A stretch of 63,473 bases of DNA, the filler included, from Pirum gemmata (Eukaryota): assembly GCA_002812295.1 (NCBI GenBank). It is 18 parts of 18 records of this genome, joined end to end, with 100 filler letters (N's around TTAATTAATTAA, not from the genome) between each part and the next. Parts side by side here need not be neighbours in the genome. Positions count along the whole stretch, not along the records: positions 50,018 to 53,267 come from PDIN01002918.1; positions 53,368 to 56,658 come from PDIN01002919.1; positions 56,759 to 60,066 come from PDIN01002920.1; positions 60,167 to 63,473 come from PDIN01002921.1; 14 more parts are not named here. The stretch is one strand, 5' to 3'. Shown piece by piece: positions 50,511-63,473 of this stretch (its first letter is position 1; each line of letters opens with the position of its first letter). The notes beneath the pieces are model-generated. The model did not search any database and was not told where the DNA came from. It worked only from the letters and a program-made list of their open reading frames with translations. The position numbers and the translations under genes are program-made.

Positions 50511-51420
50511 TGTTAATTAATGCCAGTTTTATTAATTGTAATTTTGAAAAATCTATTTTAATATTGCAGCAATGTTAATATTTAATTAATTAATAAAAAA
50601 ATTAATAACAATATAATAATATTAATAACAATAACAAATTATATAATAATTATTATGACATTGTGTTGTTCTTTTTTATTTTCAATAAGCTGCTTCTCTA
50701 ACTTTTTTTTGTTTTCTTTTATAAAATTACATTAAATATATAATATTATGCGATTCAATGTTTTATACATAAAGTAAAATGTTGTGAATCTTGTGATTAG
50801 CTCTAGTATTAATATTCTATTTACTACTCTAGCTAGTATACTATTTACTATTCACATACCAACGGCTTCCTCTAGATCTAATAAAATACATGACTTTAAT
50901 CATAATCCTGGAAAGGGTTAGGGTTACGGTCCTAACCCTAACCCTACCAACGGCTTCCTCTAATAAAATGCATGACTTTAATTATAATACTGGATATCGA
51001 TGGGTTAAGGTTAGGATTGTAACCCTAACCCTAATAACCCTCACCCTCACCCTCACCCTCACCCTAACCCTAACCCTAACCCTAACCCTAACCATAAAAC
51101 AGGTAACCCTAACCTAACCCTAACCTCAATATATCCTAATTCTAAACCCAATCATAACCCTAACCCTAACCCTCACAGCTCCCTAACCTTAACCTTAACC
51201 TTAACATTAATTCCCTAACCCTAACCTTAACCTTAACCCTAACCTTTACCCTTAATTAACACAGTATAATGTATAAGCATACAATTCGAAAGTTAATTTT
51301 TTATTTTTGTTATTATACTTTATTATTATTATAATACAATAAAAAATTGTGATAATATCAGTGTAATATCGGACTAGAATATCGGAATGTATTATAAATA
51401 GACCCGGTCTATATATATAT

Positions 51421-51666
51421 TTTACCAGCCAAGCCGGGTAAAAGTGTAGAAATCATTTTTTTCAGACTTTTTTTCTAAAAGTCTTTAATATTGACTAGCC
51501 AAATTATTTTTAAAAACTAGCCATTGGTTCATAATAGAGTTTTAAGTTATTTTTTTATCAATATTTGGAAGTACTTATATTAAAAATAAATTGTATCATT
51601 TTGTGATTTTTTGGATTTTTCAGCTCATATGGCGGATGTTGACATTATCATCCGGCTTGGTAGTTA
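51421..51666 (+). mobile_element. MITE (family H), TTAA-bounded
   Basis: Ends (TTAA)CAGCCAAGCCGGAT / ATCCGGCTTGGTAG(TTAA), with core CTAGCCATTGGTTCATAATAGAG. Copies at ~52047-52300, 13558-13742, 29925-30150 (reverse), 31543-31650. Confidence 0.7.
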
Positions 51667-52936
51667 AAAATAAATAAATAAATAAATTTTTTGTTTTTTT
51701 TTTTTCTGCTCAAGAAATTTTCTTGAATGGCTAATCAAATTTGTTATAAAAAGAGGTAAAATTCGAGCGTAAAAGATGACGTCATATTTTACCAATGAAT
51801 AAATAATAATTTCGAGAAATATATTATTAAAAGCTTGTTCGAAAAAAAAATCGATATATCTGAGCCCTCTGTCTTTTTTTCACAACTTTTAGCGATTTTT
51901 TTTTATTAGACTACCCCGCAGTCTATTTTTTTTTAGTAAAAAAATGTCTTTTTTTTAAAAAAAAATGTAAATAAATACAGCGTCTGTTTTGAACCAGTTA
52001 AGCTTTTTGGTAACTTATAACTATTGGCTAAATGTTTTTTTTTTTTTTAACAGCCAAGCCGGATAAAACTGTAGAAATCGTTTGTTTTAGACTTCTTTTC
52101 TCAACACCTTCAATGCTAACTAGCCAAATTATTTTTAAAAACTAGCCCTTGGTCACAAAAGAGCACAAAAGAGTATTCTTACTTAGACAATTTCTTAAAT
52201 TTTGATGGTACTTTTATTTTTAAAATTTGGATCATTTTGAGATTTTTAGATTTGGAGCTCATGTGGCGGATGCTACCATTTTATCCAGCTTAGTTTTTAA
52301 AAAAAAAAAAAAATACACCAAAAGTTATTTTTAACCTTCCAAATAAAAAAAAGGGTTGTCACTTTTTGAACTTTACGACGTATTTGACGTTTTTCGTAAA
52401 AGAGTTCCAAAAGATATCAACAATAATAACTATATTGTGATATATATAATATAGATAATGACGAGTTATAAATAACCTTAATCGTAAACATAATAATTAT
52501 CACAATCATTATCATATTCATACTCATACTCATAAACACACATACATACAATCATAATCATTATCACAATCATTATCATAATTATAGTCATTTTCATAGT
52601 CATTCTCATAGTCATTCTCATAGTCATTCTCATAGTCATTAATTCTCATAGTCATTCTCATAGTCATTCTCATAGTCATTCTCGTAGTCATTCTCATAGG
52701 CATTCTCATAGTCATAGTAATATTAACAGACATAGTCGTAGTCATTTTCCTTTTCATTCTCATTCTCATTCTCATTCTCATATGTATAGTATAACCATCA
52801 CCATCAGCATCATCATCATCGCATTATTAAAGCCATAATAAAATATTGTTCTCTTAGTATATAAATAGACACAATTGCTAAATGAGATTGATAAGATAAA
52901 TGGAGAACGAAATAATTAAAAAAAAGTAAGTATACA

Positions 52937-53267
52937 ATGTTAATACAAACTTTTGAATCTACCAAAAATGTTGTAGAGTCAGCAGCAGACTCTCTAACTT
53001 CTCTAAGTAGCAGCGAAGATATTTTTAGCTTTACAAATTCAGCGTCTACAAAAAACCCTGTATACGGCAGTAAGGTATATAAAGCATTTGATAATATTAA
53101 CCATATTCATATTCATAATCATATTCACATTCATATTCAGAATCATCGTCATCAGCAGCAGCATCGTCATCATCAGCAGCAGCAGCAGCAACATCAGCAG
53201 CAGCAGCAGCAACATCAGCAGCAGCAGCAGCAGCACCGTCATCATCATCATCATCATCATCATCATC
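52937..53267 (+). CDS. 5' part of a His/Gln-rich protein, truncated by the contig end
   Basis: ATG-initiated, ~50 non-repetitive codons, then CAT/CAG repeats. Confidence 0.45.
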
Positions 53268-55671
53268 NNNNNNNNNNNNNNNNNNNNNNNNNNNNNNNNN
53301 NNNNNNNNNNNTTAATTAATTAANNNNNNNNNNNNNNNNNNNNNNNNNNNNNNNNNNNNNNNNNNNNTTTTATAAATAAAATTTTTATAATTGGTTGTTG
53401 TTGTTTTGTTTGAAAAAACATTTTGTAGCTTTTGTAGTGTTTTGTTGGTTTTGTTGTTTTTGTTGTTTTGTTGTTTTGTTGTTTTGTTGTTTTGTTGTTT
53501 TGTTGTTTTGTTGTTTTGTTGTTTTGCGTGGTAAAAAAATCATAATAGCCTAAAAGGGTAAATTAATGTTATTGATTTGAAAATTGTTTTGTATCATAAT
53601 AATTGTTGATAATACAATTATATATATAATGATATCGATTGTTTTGGTTATTATTATTCGTATTTTTATATTATAGTAGCTTTTTATATGACTATGATCA
53701 TGAAAAGGTTATTACTTTGTTAGAGATTATTATGCATATGATTTCATTATTTTATTATTATTTAAAATTATTATTATAATGTATCATACAATGATGAAAG
53801 GTTTTTGGTTTTTGAAATCCTACAACTACTAGCTAGAGTTATAGTTTAACATCAGATAGTTTTGCGTATTAGTCTATATTGATGATAATAATATCTATTA
53901 CAAGAATTTGTAACTACCTAGGCTAAGGAGGAATGGTAGGTCGGAATGTGAACCTCTCCGGAGATGCAAGTAAGGAGACTGAAAACTCTGAAAACGCAAC
54001 TCGAAAAAAAAAAAAAAAAAGGAAAAAAAANNNNNNNNNNNNNNNNNNNNNNNNNNNNNNNNNNNNNNNNNNNNTCAAGGGGTAGGTAGGTAGGTGGTAT
54101 TTGACCAGAAATTAACGTCGAGGGGTAGGTAGGTAGGGGTATTTGAAGCTGTATTTGACTGGAAATTGGCGTTACGTAGTATTTGAGCCATTGAACGCTC
54201 CCTAATGTATGAGTGAGTTTCAACGCTGTGACAACACATGTTCAAAAAAAAAAAATACTTGAACCTCCCACCTTCAGTGAACCTTTTGACTTGCCCAATT
54301 TTTTCAAGAAATTTTCTGACATCAGACTCAGAATCAGAAAAAAACTTTGGTCAGTGTTTGCGGTAAAGTGCGAAAATGTCCAAATATATCGATTATCATT
54401 TCAAACATTATGTTTGATTTGTATAATCGATATATATGAAAATAATCGAAAATTTGCTTTTTATATTTATATGATATGAATAAAAACAAGGACTTCAAAA
54501 AAATTACTTCCACTTGTAAAAAAGAATACTGATCATGGACCGATCATGCTTGAGCTTGATTAACTTTTATAAATAATATCGAGCTCGCGCATATCAAAAC
54601 CATTCGGGACTTTTATAAAAATTATCGATAGCTTCACTACTACTGTGAACAAGTTGGGGAACAGCGGTGGGAATTGGGAAACCAGTGGGAATTTGGGGAA
54701 GCTGTGGGGGAACCAATTTTGATAGACTAATATCTTTTTTATAAATAAATATATGATACCAGTATGCATTTAATTAATACAGGCACATTATATATACCGT
54801 AGATTACCGTAGTAGTTCCGTAGTCTATATATCATTATAGAATCAAGAATATTTTATCCCCTTTTTCCAAAGAGCCCTTTTCTTGAACTCCTTGTTGTTG
54901 TGTGTTCCACAACAAAAAATACAAGCTGTTGTTTAGACGTTAATTTAATAAGGGTATTTACATTCTTAAATAGACTTCCCTTATTAACGTCTATATATAT
55001 AGAAAAGTTCCAAAAGACCCACAACTGGTTCCATATATAATTAATATTGATGTAATAGGTTTAATTAATAATAAAGGACTAAGCATACGACGGAGTAAAC
55101 TGTTGGACACTAGCTAGTATATAGCGTACTTTTCTATTGTTTTGCCATACCAAATTAATACAATATAAATCCATTTCATTTCATTTTGTTATATCTTATT
55201 ATCTATTTATTCATTTAAAAATGTCAATTGAAATATTATAACCAACCAAATAAATATTCAGAGTGACAAAATAAATGAAAAGCACAATTTAAAGATAGAC
55301 TATCTGACATAGATGATATCATTGATAGTCTACGACATCTACGACATGATAATATAATATCNAAAAAAAAAAAAAAAAAAAAAGGGAAAAAAAAAATTAT
55401 AAAAAAAAAAAAAAAAAAAAGCTACTGCTGTGATCTACTGGATAACTTTATCCCTTTTTTTGCACGATACAAGAAAACGAAAAGGATAAAAGTCTAATAA
55501 TAAAATAATAATTATCGATAAATAATTGTTATTATTATTATTATAAATGAACGATAAATTATTATTATAAATAGACTTAAAAAAAAATCAAATAAAAAAA
55601 AATAAAAAAATAAAACCAAAAAACAAAACCAAAAAATAAAAATAAAAAATAAAAATTAATCAAAAACAATA

Positions 55672-56007
55672 ATGAATCCTGCGATCCAATTTTCTTTTCT
55701 TCAATTTTTCCAGCTTCACCCTAGAATTATTCAAGCCACAGCAGCTACGGCTGCTGGGGCAGGTGTTATACTAATGCGAAACAGGAGCCAAGCTCGCTTA
55801 TTGTCAAACCAATGCTATACTTATGTAAAAAGTACTGATAGTGAAACTACTTCACAATGGACAGAAGCTGCAGTACAATACAGATATAATAACCCACTTA
55901 TGCTACTTCCCAATTACCTTTACAACACGATAACGAATATGGATAATGAAACGGCAGCAAAATGGAATGAAGCTGCTTGTGGCGCCAGTCCAAAAATATT
56001 TTTTTAA
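55672..56007 (+). CDS. 111-aa orphan protein
   Basis: Relatively GC-rich ORF after an A-rich leader; duplicated motif D(S/N)ETxxxWxEAA. Confidence 0.7.
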   Translation: MNPAIQFSFLQFFQLHPRIIQATAATAAGAGVILMRNRSQARLLSNQCYTYVKSTDSETTSQWTEAAVQYRYNNPLMLLPNYLYNTITNMDNETAAKWNEAACGASPKIFF

Positions 56008-56809
56008 TTTCTTTATTAGTAAAATATAGTACAATTTAACATTATAATACATATTAAATTTTTTAATAACAGTCGTCGTTACTCGAGCTCGCAATAAAAA
56101 TACCTACTTACAAAGTAATTATACAATATTGATATTATATTATATAATATATATTATATTATAGATGACCCAGTATATATATATATTAATAGTCATGAAT
56201 AGTCATGAATAGTGAAACAGTATTATATACGTATGCATATGCTAGTAGCAACATACAATATATCTATTTGTGGGGCCGACTCAAGCTTCAAGATATATGT
56301 GTATTTAGTTTATATCAAGAACTCTAGGAAAAAAATATGGGTTTCTGGGGTTCTTATTTATATATAATTATATATACATTTTTATATATATCATCTTCAA
56401 AATGAGTGTTTATCAATAAATCATAATATATAAATATAAAGTTAAAAGTTTAATTTATTATTATTATATCAAGAACATCATCAACAACAACAGAAACAAC
56501 ATTAACAACAACAGCTGCTACAACAATAATGACATGATAATATTAATATTAATATAACAATAATATTATAACAATATAACAAAGTGTAACCCCCTCAAAA
56601 ACAAATATCATATAATATTATATATATTATTATTAATAATATTATATAGCCTCTAATANNNNNNNNNNNNNNNNNNNNNNNNNNNNNNNNNNNNNNNNNN
56701 NNTTAATTAATTAANNNNNNNNNNNNNNNNNNNNNNNNNNNNNNNNNNNNNNNNNNNNTTATTATCAAATAAATACTAAATAATAAATAATATATAAATA
56801 TTATTGTTT

Positions 56810-57760
56810 TGCCTTCAATCTCAATTTGATTTTTTTAACTTAATATTAGTATAAAGGGTGATATATATTAATTAACGATAAATAAACACTAAATGATAAA
56901 AATGAATATTTTTTTATTATGTTACTTTTAAATCTCAATTTAAATTCTTTAATACTAGGATAAATAGTAATATGTTTTAACTTTTAACAAATAAATAAAT
57001 AATAAATAATAAATAAATGATTTGATTGCTATTTTATATCGCAATTTGATTTTTAACTTAATATTAAGAAGAAGCATAATATATATTAACAACGATAAAC
57101 AAATGTTATTATTATTGTGTTACTTTAAATCTCGCTTTGATGTTTTTAACTTATTATTAGAAAGAAGAATAACATATTTTAATTAAATGTTATATAATTG
57201 TTATTATTGTTTTAATTTTAATCTCAAATTTATTTCTTTTATTTTTTGAACTTAATTAATATTAGGATAAAGGGTAATACATTTTAATTAACGATAAATA
57301 AATACTAAATGATAAAAATGAATATTTTTAACTGTGTTACTTTTAAATCTCAATTTAAATTTTTTAATGTAATACTAGGATAAAAAGTAATTTTTTTTAA
57401 TTAACCAATACATAAATAATAAATAATAAAAAAATGATTTAAAAAAATTGTTATTTTAAATCTCAATTTGATTTTTTTTTAAACTTAATATTAAGAAGAA
57501 GGGTAATATACATTAAAAATAAATTATTGTGTTACGTTAAATATCAACTTGATTTTTTAACTTTACACTATCATAGGATAAATAAAAAATATGTTTTAAC
57601 TTAACTGAAAAACTAGTACTAGGATTAAGGCTTTAATTGACGATAAATAAACACTAATGATAACAATGAATGTTTTTATTTATTATTATTATATTATTTT
57701 TAAATCTCAATTTGATTTTTTAACTTAATACTAGGATAAAGGGTAATGTCTTTGATTTTA
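56810..57760. repeat. Degenerate AT-rich tandem satellite (~90-120-bp units)
   Basis: Recurrent AAATCTCAATTTGATTTTTTAACTTAATA(T/C)TAGGATAAAGGGTAAT, about 9-10 copies. Confidence 0.8.
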
Positions 57761-57822
57761 ATGTGAGAAACTTGTACCCGAGTAGAATTCTTGGAAGTAT
57801 ATCTCTTCCTCCTTTTCTTTTT

Positions 57823-58331
57823 AAATCGATGAGCCTTGCTTGTTTGTGTATGTTCTGTAACATAAGCCCTTACTTGGACTATAATACGAAAAAATATATA
57901 AGGATTAATAATAATAATAATAATGATAATAATAATAATAATAATAATAATAAAATACCTGAATCAGTGGCTGTTACGAAAGGTGATTTTTTGTTAACCG
58001 GTCCACGACCCAATAAAATACTGGGGGCTGTGATTAAGATATATATGATAATTTTATGCGTTAATAAATGCGTCAAAATAAATTGATGAGTGGTAGGTGC
58101 AAACATGTTTTTACGGTAAACTTTAGTGATCTGGGTCATGTGAAACTGGATTTTAATAACGAAGGATAATGAACTTGTTAATGAATTAGTTGTTAATAGA
58201 CAAGAGTTTAAGAAATTTAAGCGTAATTTAGTTGGTGGACCTTGGTTTGTAGGGTTCGTTGCTGGTTCATTTTTAATTTCTTCATTTTTCTTATTTATGT
58301 CAGTCAATGCATTGTCCCCCATTTTACTCAT
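57823..58331 (-). CDS. Hypothetical protein or pseudogene fragment
   Basis: 150-codon ORF, with a possible GT-AG intron across the (ATT)n tract at ~57879-57958. No recognisable motif. Confidence 0.3.
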
Positions 58332-60166
58332 TTAATAATGCTGTTTTAAAGCATGTTTGCCTTTTGCCTTTTGCCTTTAACTTGATCTCTTTTCTCAGCA
58401 AAAGTATTCGATTTTTTATCTACAGACAATTATCTGTATTATTAATAAACTTGGGATTTTTTGAATGATTAGATATTATTATTATTATTATTTGTTAGTT
58501 ACCTTTTGGTTATTATTGTTTTAAAAGATCCGTAATAACTAAATAAAACAGAAAAAACCGTGATTTTATTTTCCTCTTTGATTACTATTACTATTAATAT
58601 TATTATTATTATTATTAATATTATTAATATTATCAATCTTAATATTATTATTATTGTACTTTATTTTTTTACTCCATGAAAAGTCTTAGTTCCTCTTTTT
58701 TTATTATTATTATGGCTCTTGTTGTTGTTGTTGTCGTTGCTGTTATATTGTTATTATCGATATTATTGGAAACTTGATTTATCCCCAGCGCTAGCTCTTG
58801 TGTTTTTATCATGCATGAATCTTGAATGTTGGTCAAAAAAAAATGTAAATTAAAAACTAAAAAAAAGTGTAAATTTTAAACTAAAAAAAAATGTAAATTC
58901 AACTTACCTAATTGTAATTACTTATTATATAATGGATACAAATTGAGAAATTTTCATTATTTTATTGTTTATTTGGTTAAATTAAAAAATCGAAACTATT
59001 AATTTCAAAATTCCAAAATAAAGTAAAATATTGCAAATGTATTTTTTTATTATCTAGATTAGCTTTTTTTTTTTTTTACAATTTTTTTAGTCTACTCTAC
59101 AACAACTTCAAGAACCGCTTGACAACTACAAGATTTTTAGCGAGGTTTTTTTCCTAGGGTTTTTTTCTAGGTAGCCTCTGCACTGAGTCTGGACTCTGCA
59201 GTGTAGACTCTAGTAGCTCAGGACTCTAGCTAGTAGCTAGAGCAGTCTACGTAGACTTGCAGGAGGGTCGATGATAGGAGGGTTTTTTTCTCAAGTTTTT
59301 TTTTTAGAGTTTTTTCTACCAGTAGTTAATAATTGGAGCACCCAAAGATGGAACCTTGTAGAACCTCATAGCCAATATACGCACGGTTTTAATTTTTGTA
59401 GAAAAAAAGAAAAAAAAGCTAGGAAAAAACCTGGGAAAAACTAGGAAAAAACTTTGAAAAAGAGGAAAAAAGAGGAAAAAAGGAGGAAAAAAGGAAAAAA
59501 AATTATCCTCAAATTTAAAAAAAAAAGTTTTTTATTCGTTTTATAATTATATTTCTTCTTTTTAATTTGTTATATTTTTTAAATATTATTTTTCGACCAT
59601 TCTCAAAACAGAAACTAATTGGATTTTGGTCGAATAATACCCTAGCGAATAGTACCTTTATTTAACTTACAGTTCTTTTTTTACTATATGATACTGAGAA
59701 TAGGTTTAGCATTTTTCTTATCCAAAAGACAAAGTAAAGAAAGACCTGAAGAAAAGAACTAGAAAAGACCAATTCATTTCCTTTTTGTGAATAATATTAT
59801 TATATTTAGACATATATTGTCTTTTTATAGACTTATCTATAACAGTGATAGCTACTTTATTGGTCTAGCAAAATTGGTTCTTCAATTTTATTCGCTTTTA
59901 TCATACTTTTCATTTATTTTGTCACTCCGAATATTTATTTGGTTGTTTATAATATTAAACTAATACTTTTAAATAAATAAATATGTAATAAACTATACCA
60001 AATTAAATTAAATGGATTTATATTGTATTAATTTGGTACTATTTATTGTATATTTTATGACTACAANNNNNNNNNNNNNNNNNNNNNNNNNNNNNNNNNN
60101 NNNNNNNNNNTTAATTAATTAANNNNNNNNNNNNNNNNNNNNNNNNNNNNNNNNNNNNNNNNNNNN

Positions 60167-60434
60167 TAAAAAATAAAAAATAAAATATTGTATTTGAATT
60201 TTTATTACACTATTGTTTTTTATAATTAAAATACTAAACACACACACACACACACACACACAAACATACACATATACACACACATACAACCATATACCAA
60301 AAACCACTTAAAAACAAAATAATCTTTAAAATTAAAATTTCATCAAGTGTGGATATTGACCTTTTTTCAAAGAAAATGACGCATGTATGTGCGCTTCTAA
60401 ATGTTCAAACAAAATGCTATAAACAGCTTGGTCA
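60167..60434 (-). pseudogene. Diverged partial duplicate of the RPL6 3' end and 3' UTR
   Basis: Matches ~60493-60775 with substitutions and small internal deletions. Confidence 0.85.
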
Positions 60435-60650
60435 GATAAAAACAATAAAATAAAAATAATAAAAACCATAAAAACAATAAAAACACTTAAAATAAAAAAT
60501 AAAAAATAAAATATTGTATTTGAATTTTTATTACACTATTGTTTTTTATAATTAAAAACCTAAAAACACACACACACACACACAAACATACACACATACA
60601 CATACATACAACCATACCCAAAAGCACTTAAAACAAAATAATTTTCAAAA

Positions 60651-61804
60651 TTAAAATTTCATCAAGTGTGGATATTGACCTTTTTTCAAAGAAAATGAAG
60701 CATGCATGTAAGCTTCTAAATGTTCAACTTTTTGGATTCTAGGTAACAAAATGCTATCAACAGCTTCTTGATCAGCTTTACGCCCAGCATCAACCTCTTT
60801 TTTCTCCGCAGATTTGTCCATAAACTCAGCCTCGGATTTTTTAGTTTTAGCTTCTTTAGGTTTGCTGAAGTAAGTGTCGTTAAATTTACTGACATCAATG
60901 CCTGAAACATCAACAGATGCGCTGGTAGCCACAACATAGGCAGGGTTAACGCGACGAAGGTTAACTCCATTGCATTTGAATGGTCCAGTTACTAATAATA
61001 AACCAGATGGAAGTTGCCCAAGACATACAACACGCTATACAAATAATAAAAATCAATAATAATTAATAATAATATAAAATAATAATAGTGAACTCTACCG
61101 AAAGTAAACAACCATACAATAATAACGGCAATAACAATGATAGTAGAAATGTAATAATGGTAATAATGGTAGTAGTAGTAGTAGTAGTAATAGTAGTAAT
61201 AGTAATCACTCTGAAATTTTATTTGGTTGGTTATAATATTTTAAATTAATTTTTAAATGAATAAATAGATAGTAAAATATACCAAAATTAAATGAAATGG
61301 ATTTATATGGTATTAATTTGATACTCTTTATTGTATATTTTATGATGAAAAAACAAATGAAACGGACGATAACAGAAGTAGCAATTGCAGTAATAGAAGT
61401 AGCAATAACAGCAATGGTAGTAATACAAGTAGTAATAACAGTAGTGGTAGTAACATAAGTAGCAATAGTAGTAGTAGCAGTAGTAGTAATAACAGTAGTA
61501 GTAGTAATAACAGTAGTAGTAGTAATAACAGTTAGTAGTAATAACAGTTGTAGTAGTAATAACAGTAGTAATAACAGTAGTAGTAGTAATAGTACAATAA
61601 CACTAATAGTAAAAGTACAATGAATCGTAATAATTTTGCACAAACTTGCATTAATAACTACAAAGATAATCATACTAAAAAACTAAAAAAAATACTATTA
61701 CTAAATAATTCAATCTCCTGTAAAATGACAATTCAATAAAAATAACAAAAACCAAAATCAAAAACTACTATTAATATTACTATTTCTATTACTATCACTA
61801 TCAC

Positions 61805-61837
<33 letters not shown>

Positions 61838-63154
61838 TGCTACTAGCTATACCACTTACCACTATTACTACTACTACCGTAAAAACATACTGACAAAAAT
61901 AACACATAATTTAACTGTTTGTTTTCAAAATAAGTGAAATAAAAATAACCTTGCTTTACGGTATTAACATCAATCATAACCCCAACCTTCACCTTTCCAT
62001 CTTATAATATTATCCATTTCCAAAAAACTATCAAATCTACCCTTTCACTTACCAAAACTACCACAATTCCAACAAAAACAAAACAAACTAAAAATAAAAA
62101 TAAATAATAATAATAATAAAACAATGTAAAACAAAAAAAAACAAAAAACAAACAAAAGCATAAAAACAAAAAATAAAACAAACTTACTCTGCCTTCATGA
62201 CGGCCAGCAAGCAAGATCAAGATGGTACCCGGGGTAAGGGATGCGCGGAATTTAGTTGGTCTAGCTTTTTTACGGTTAGCTAAAGGTTTTTTAATGTCTT
62301 CAGCAGCGTAAAAACGACTTTCTCTAGTAAGCGGAACCTACGAGAAAAAATAAGTAAAATTATTAAATGTGAACTAAAACTAAAAATATTAGGTTCTCGA
62401 GGTCAAAATTGGCCATTTATTTTAAAAATATATATAATGATAATGATAAAATAACAATATAATAATGGTAATGATATTAATGATATTAATAATAATGATA
62501 TTTTAATGATATTTAATGATATTTAATGATATTTAGTGATGTTTAGTGATATTAATGATACATAATAATGATAATAATGATAATAGTGATAATGATGATA
62601 ATGATGATGATAATAATGATAATAATAATGATAATAATAATGATAATAATAATGCTAATAATGCTAATAATGCTAATAATGCTAATAATGCTAATAATGC
62701 TAATAATGCTAATAATGCCAATAATGCTAATAATGCCAATAATGCTAATAATGCCAATAATGCTAATAATGCCAATAATGCTAATGCTAATAATGCCAAT
62801 AATGCTAATAATGCCAATAATGCCAATAATGCTAATGCTAATAATGCTAATGCTAATAATGCTAATGCTAATAATGCTAATGCTAATGCTAATGTTAACC
62901 TAATGTTAATTCCTGTTACTGTTACTGTTGCTGTTACTGTTAATGATAATGATCAATATAAAGATAACACTTACAACTCTGGTTTTTCCGTTTTTGTCAC
63001 CGCCAACAGTTTTGGTTTTGGAAACTTCAACAACTGGAGTTTGTTTTACGGTAGTTGATTTGGTTCTTTTGTACAATTGACGTTTACTGTACATTGCAGA
63101 ACGTCCATACCTGGAAACTTTGCCCAAAGAGCGATTTCTACTTTCGTGTGGCAT
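60651..63154 (-). CDS. RPL6: 60S ribosomal protein L6 (eL6), 237 aa, 3 exons
   Basis: Exons 63154-62975, 62337-62188, 61034-60651 (phase-0 GT-AG introns). Motifs SRN..RYGRSAMYSKR, KTVGGDKNG, RASLTPGTILILLAGRH, LLLVTGPFK.NGV.LRRV, FSLKKGQYPHLMKF. Confidence 0.97.
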
Positions 63155-63473
63155 ATTGACTGTAATATTATTTACACAAAAATTTATTATTATTATTAGT
63201 ATTTATTATTTATTTACAAAATATGATTTATTTTATATTATATCATTTATTATTTTATTATTTATTTTATTATTATTTATTATTTATTGTTTGATTATTA
63301 TTTATTTGATTATTTGATTATTAAATTATTTTGATTATTATTTATTTATTATTTATTTATTATTTATTATTTATTTATTATTTATTTATTATTTATTTAT
63401 TTATTTATTATTTATTTATTGTTTATTTATTATTTGTTATTTTATTATTATTTTATTATTATTTATTATTTAT

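Noticed and set aside
56810..57760. Repeat-spacer-like array (CRISPR-like)
   Set aside because: Units are degenerate, spacers are related to each other and AT-rich, and there are no cas genes. It is a eukaryotic satellite.

Overview
This is not contiguous genome. It is 18 short contigs (mostly ~3.2-3.3 kb, one ~5.0 kb, one ~4.2 kb) of a very AT-rich, microsatellite-rich, intron-containing eukaryote, joined by artificial 100-bp linkers (44 N + TTAATTAATTAA + 44 N). The standard genetic code and GT-AG introns fit the recognisable genes, and TTAGGG arrays are common. The RPL6 N-terminus resembles the animal type, suggesting a unicellular holozoan-like protist (inference). Recognisable genes are RPL6 (3 exons), CCDC115/VMA22 (4 exons seen), a 6-exon GBP/atlastin-like membrane protein and a terminal phosphopantetheine carrier (ACP/PCP) domain. 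There are also several intronless secreted or low-complexity orphan proteins. Mobile and dead DNA includes a gag-only Ty1/copia LTR element with a half-tRNA-Ile type PBS, at least eight MITE families, a LINE remnant, two LRR pseudogenes and a possible CRESS-virus Rep helicase fossil. Recurrent structural oddities are diverged echo duplications of gene 3' ends, telomeric repeats at duplication junctions and short-range stutter DNA around MITEs. All family assignments are by eye and need database confirmation.
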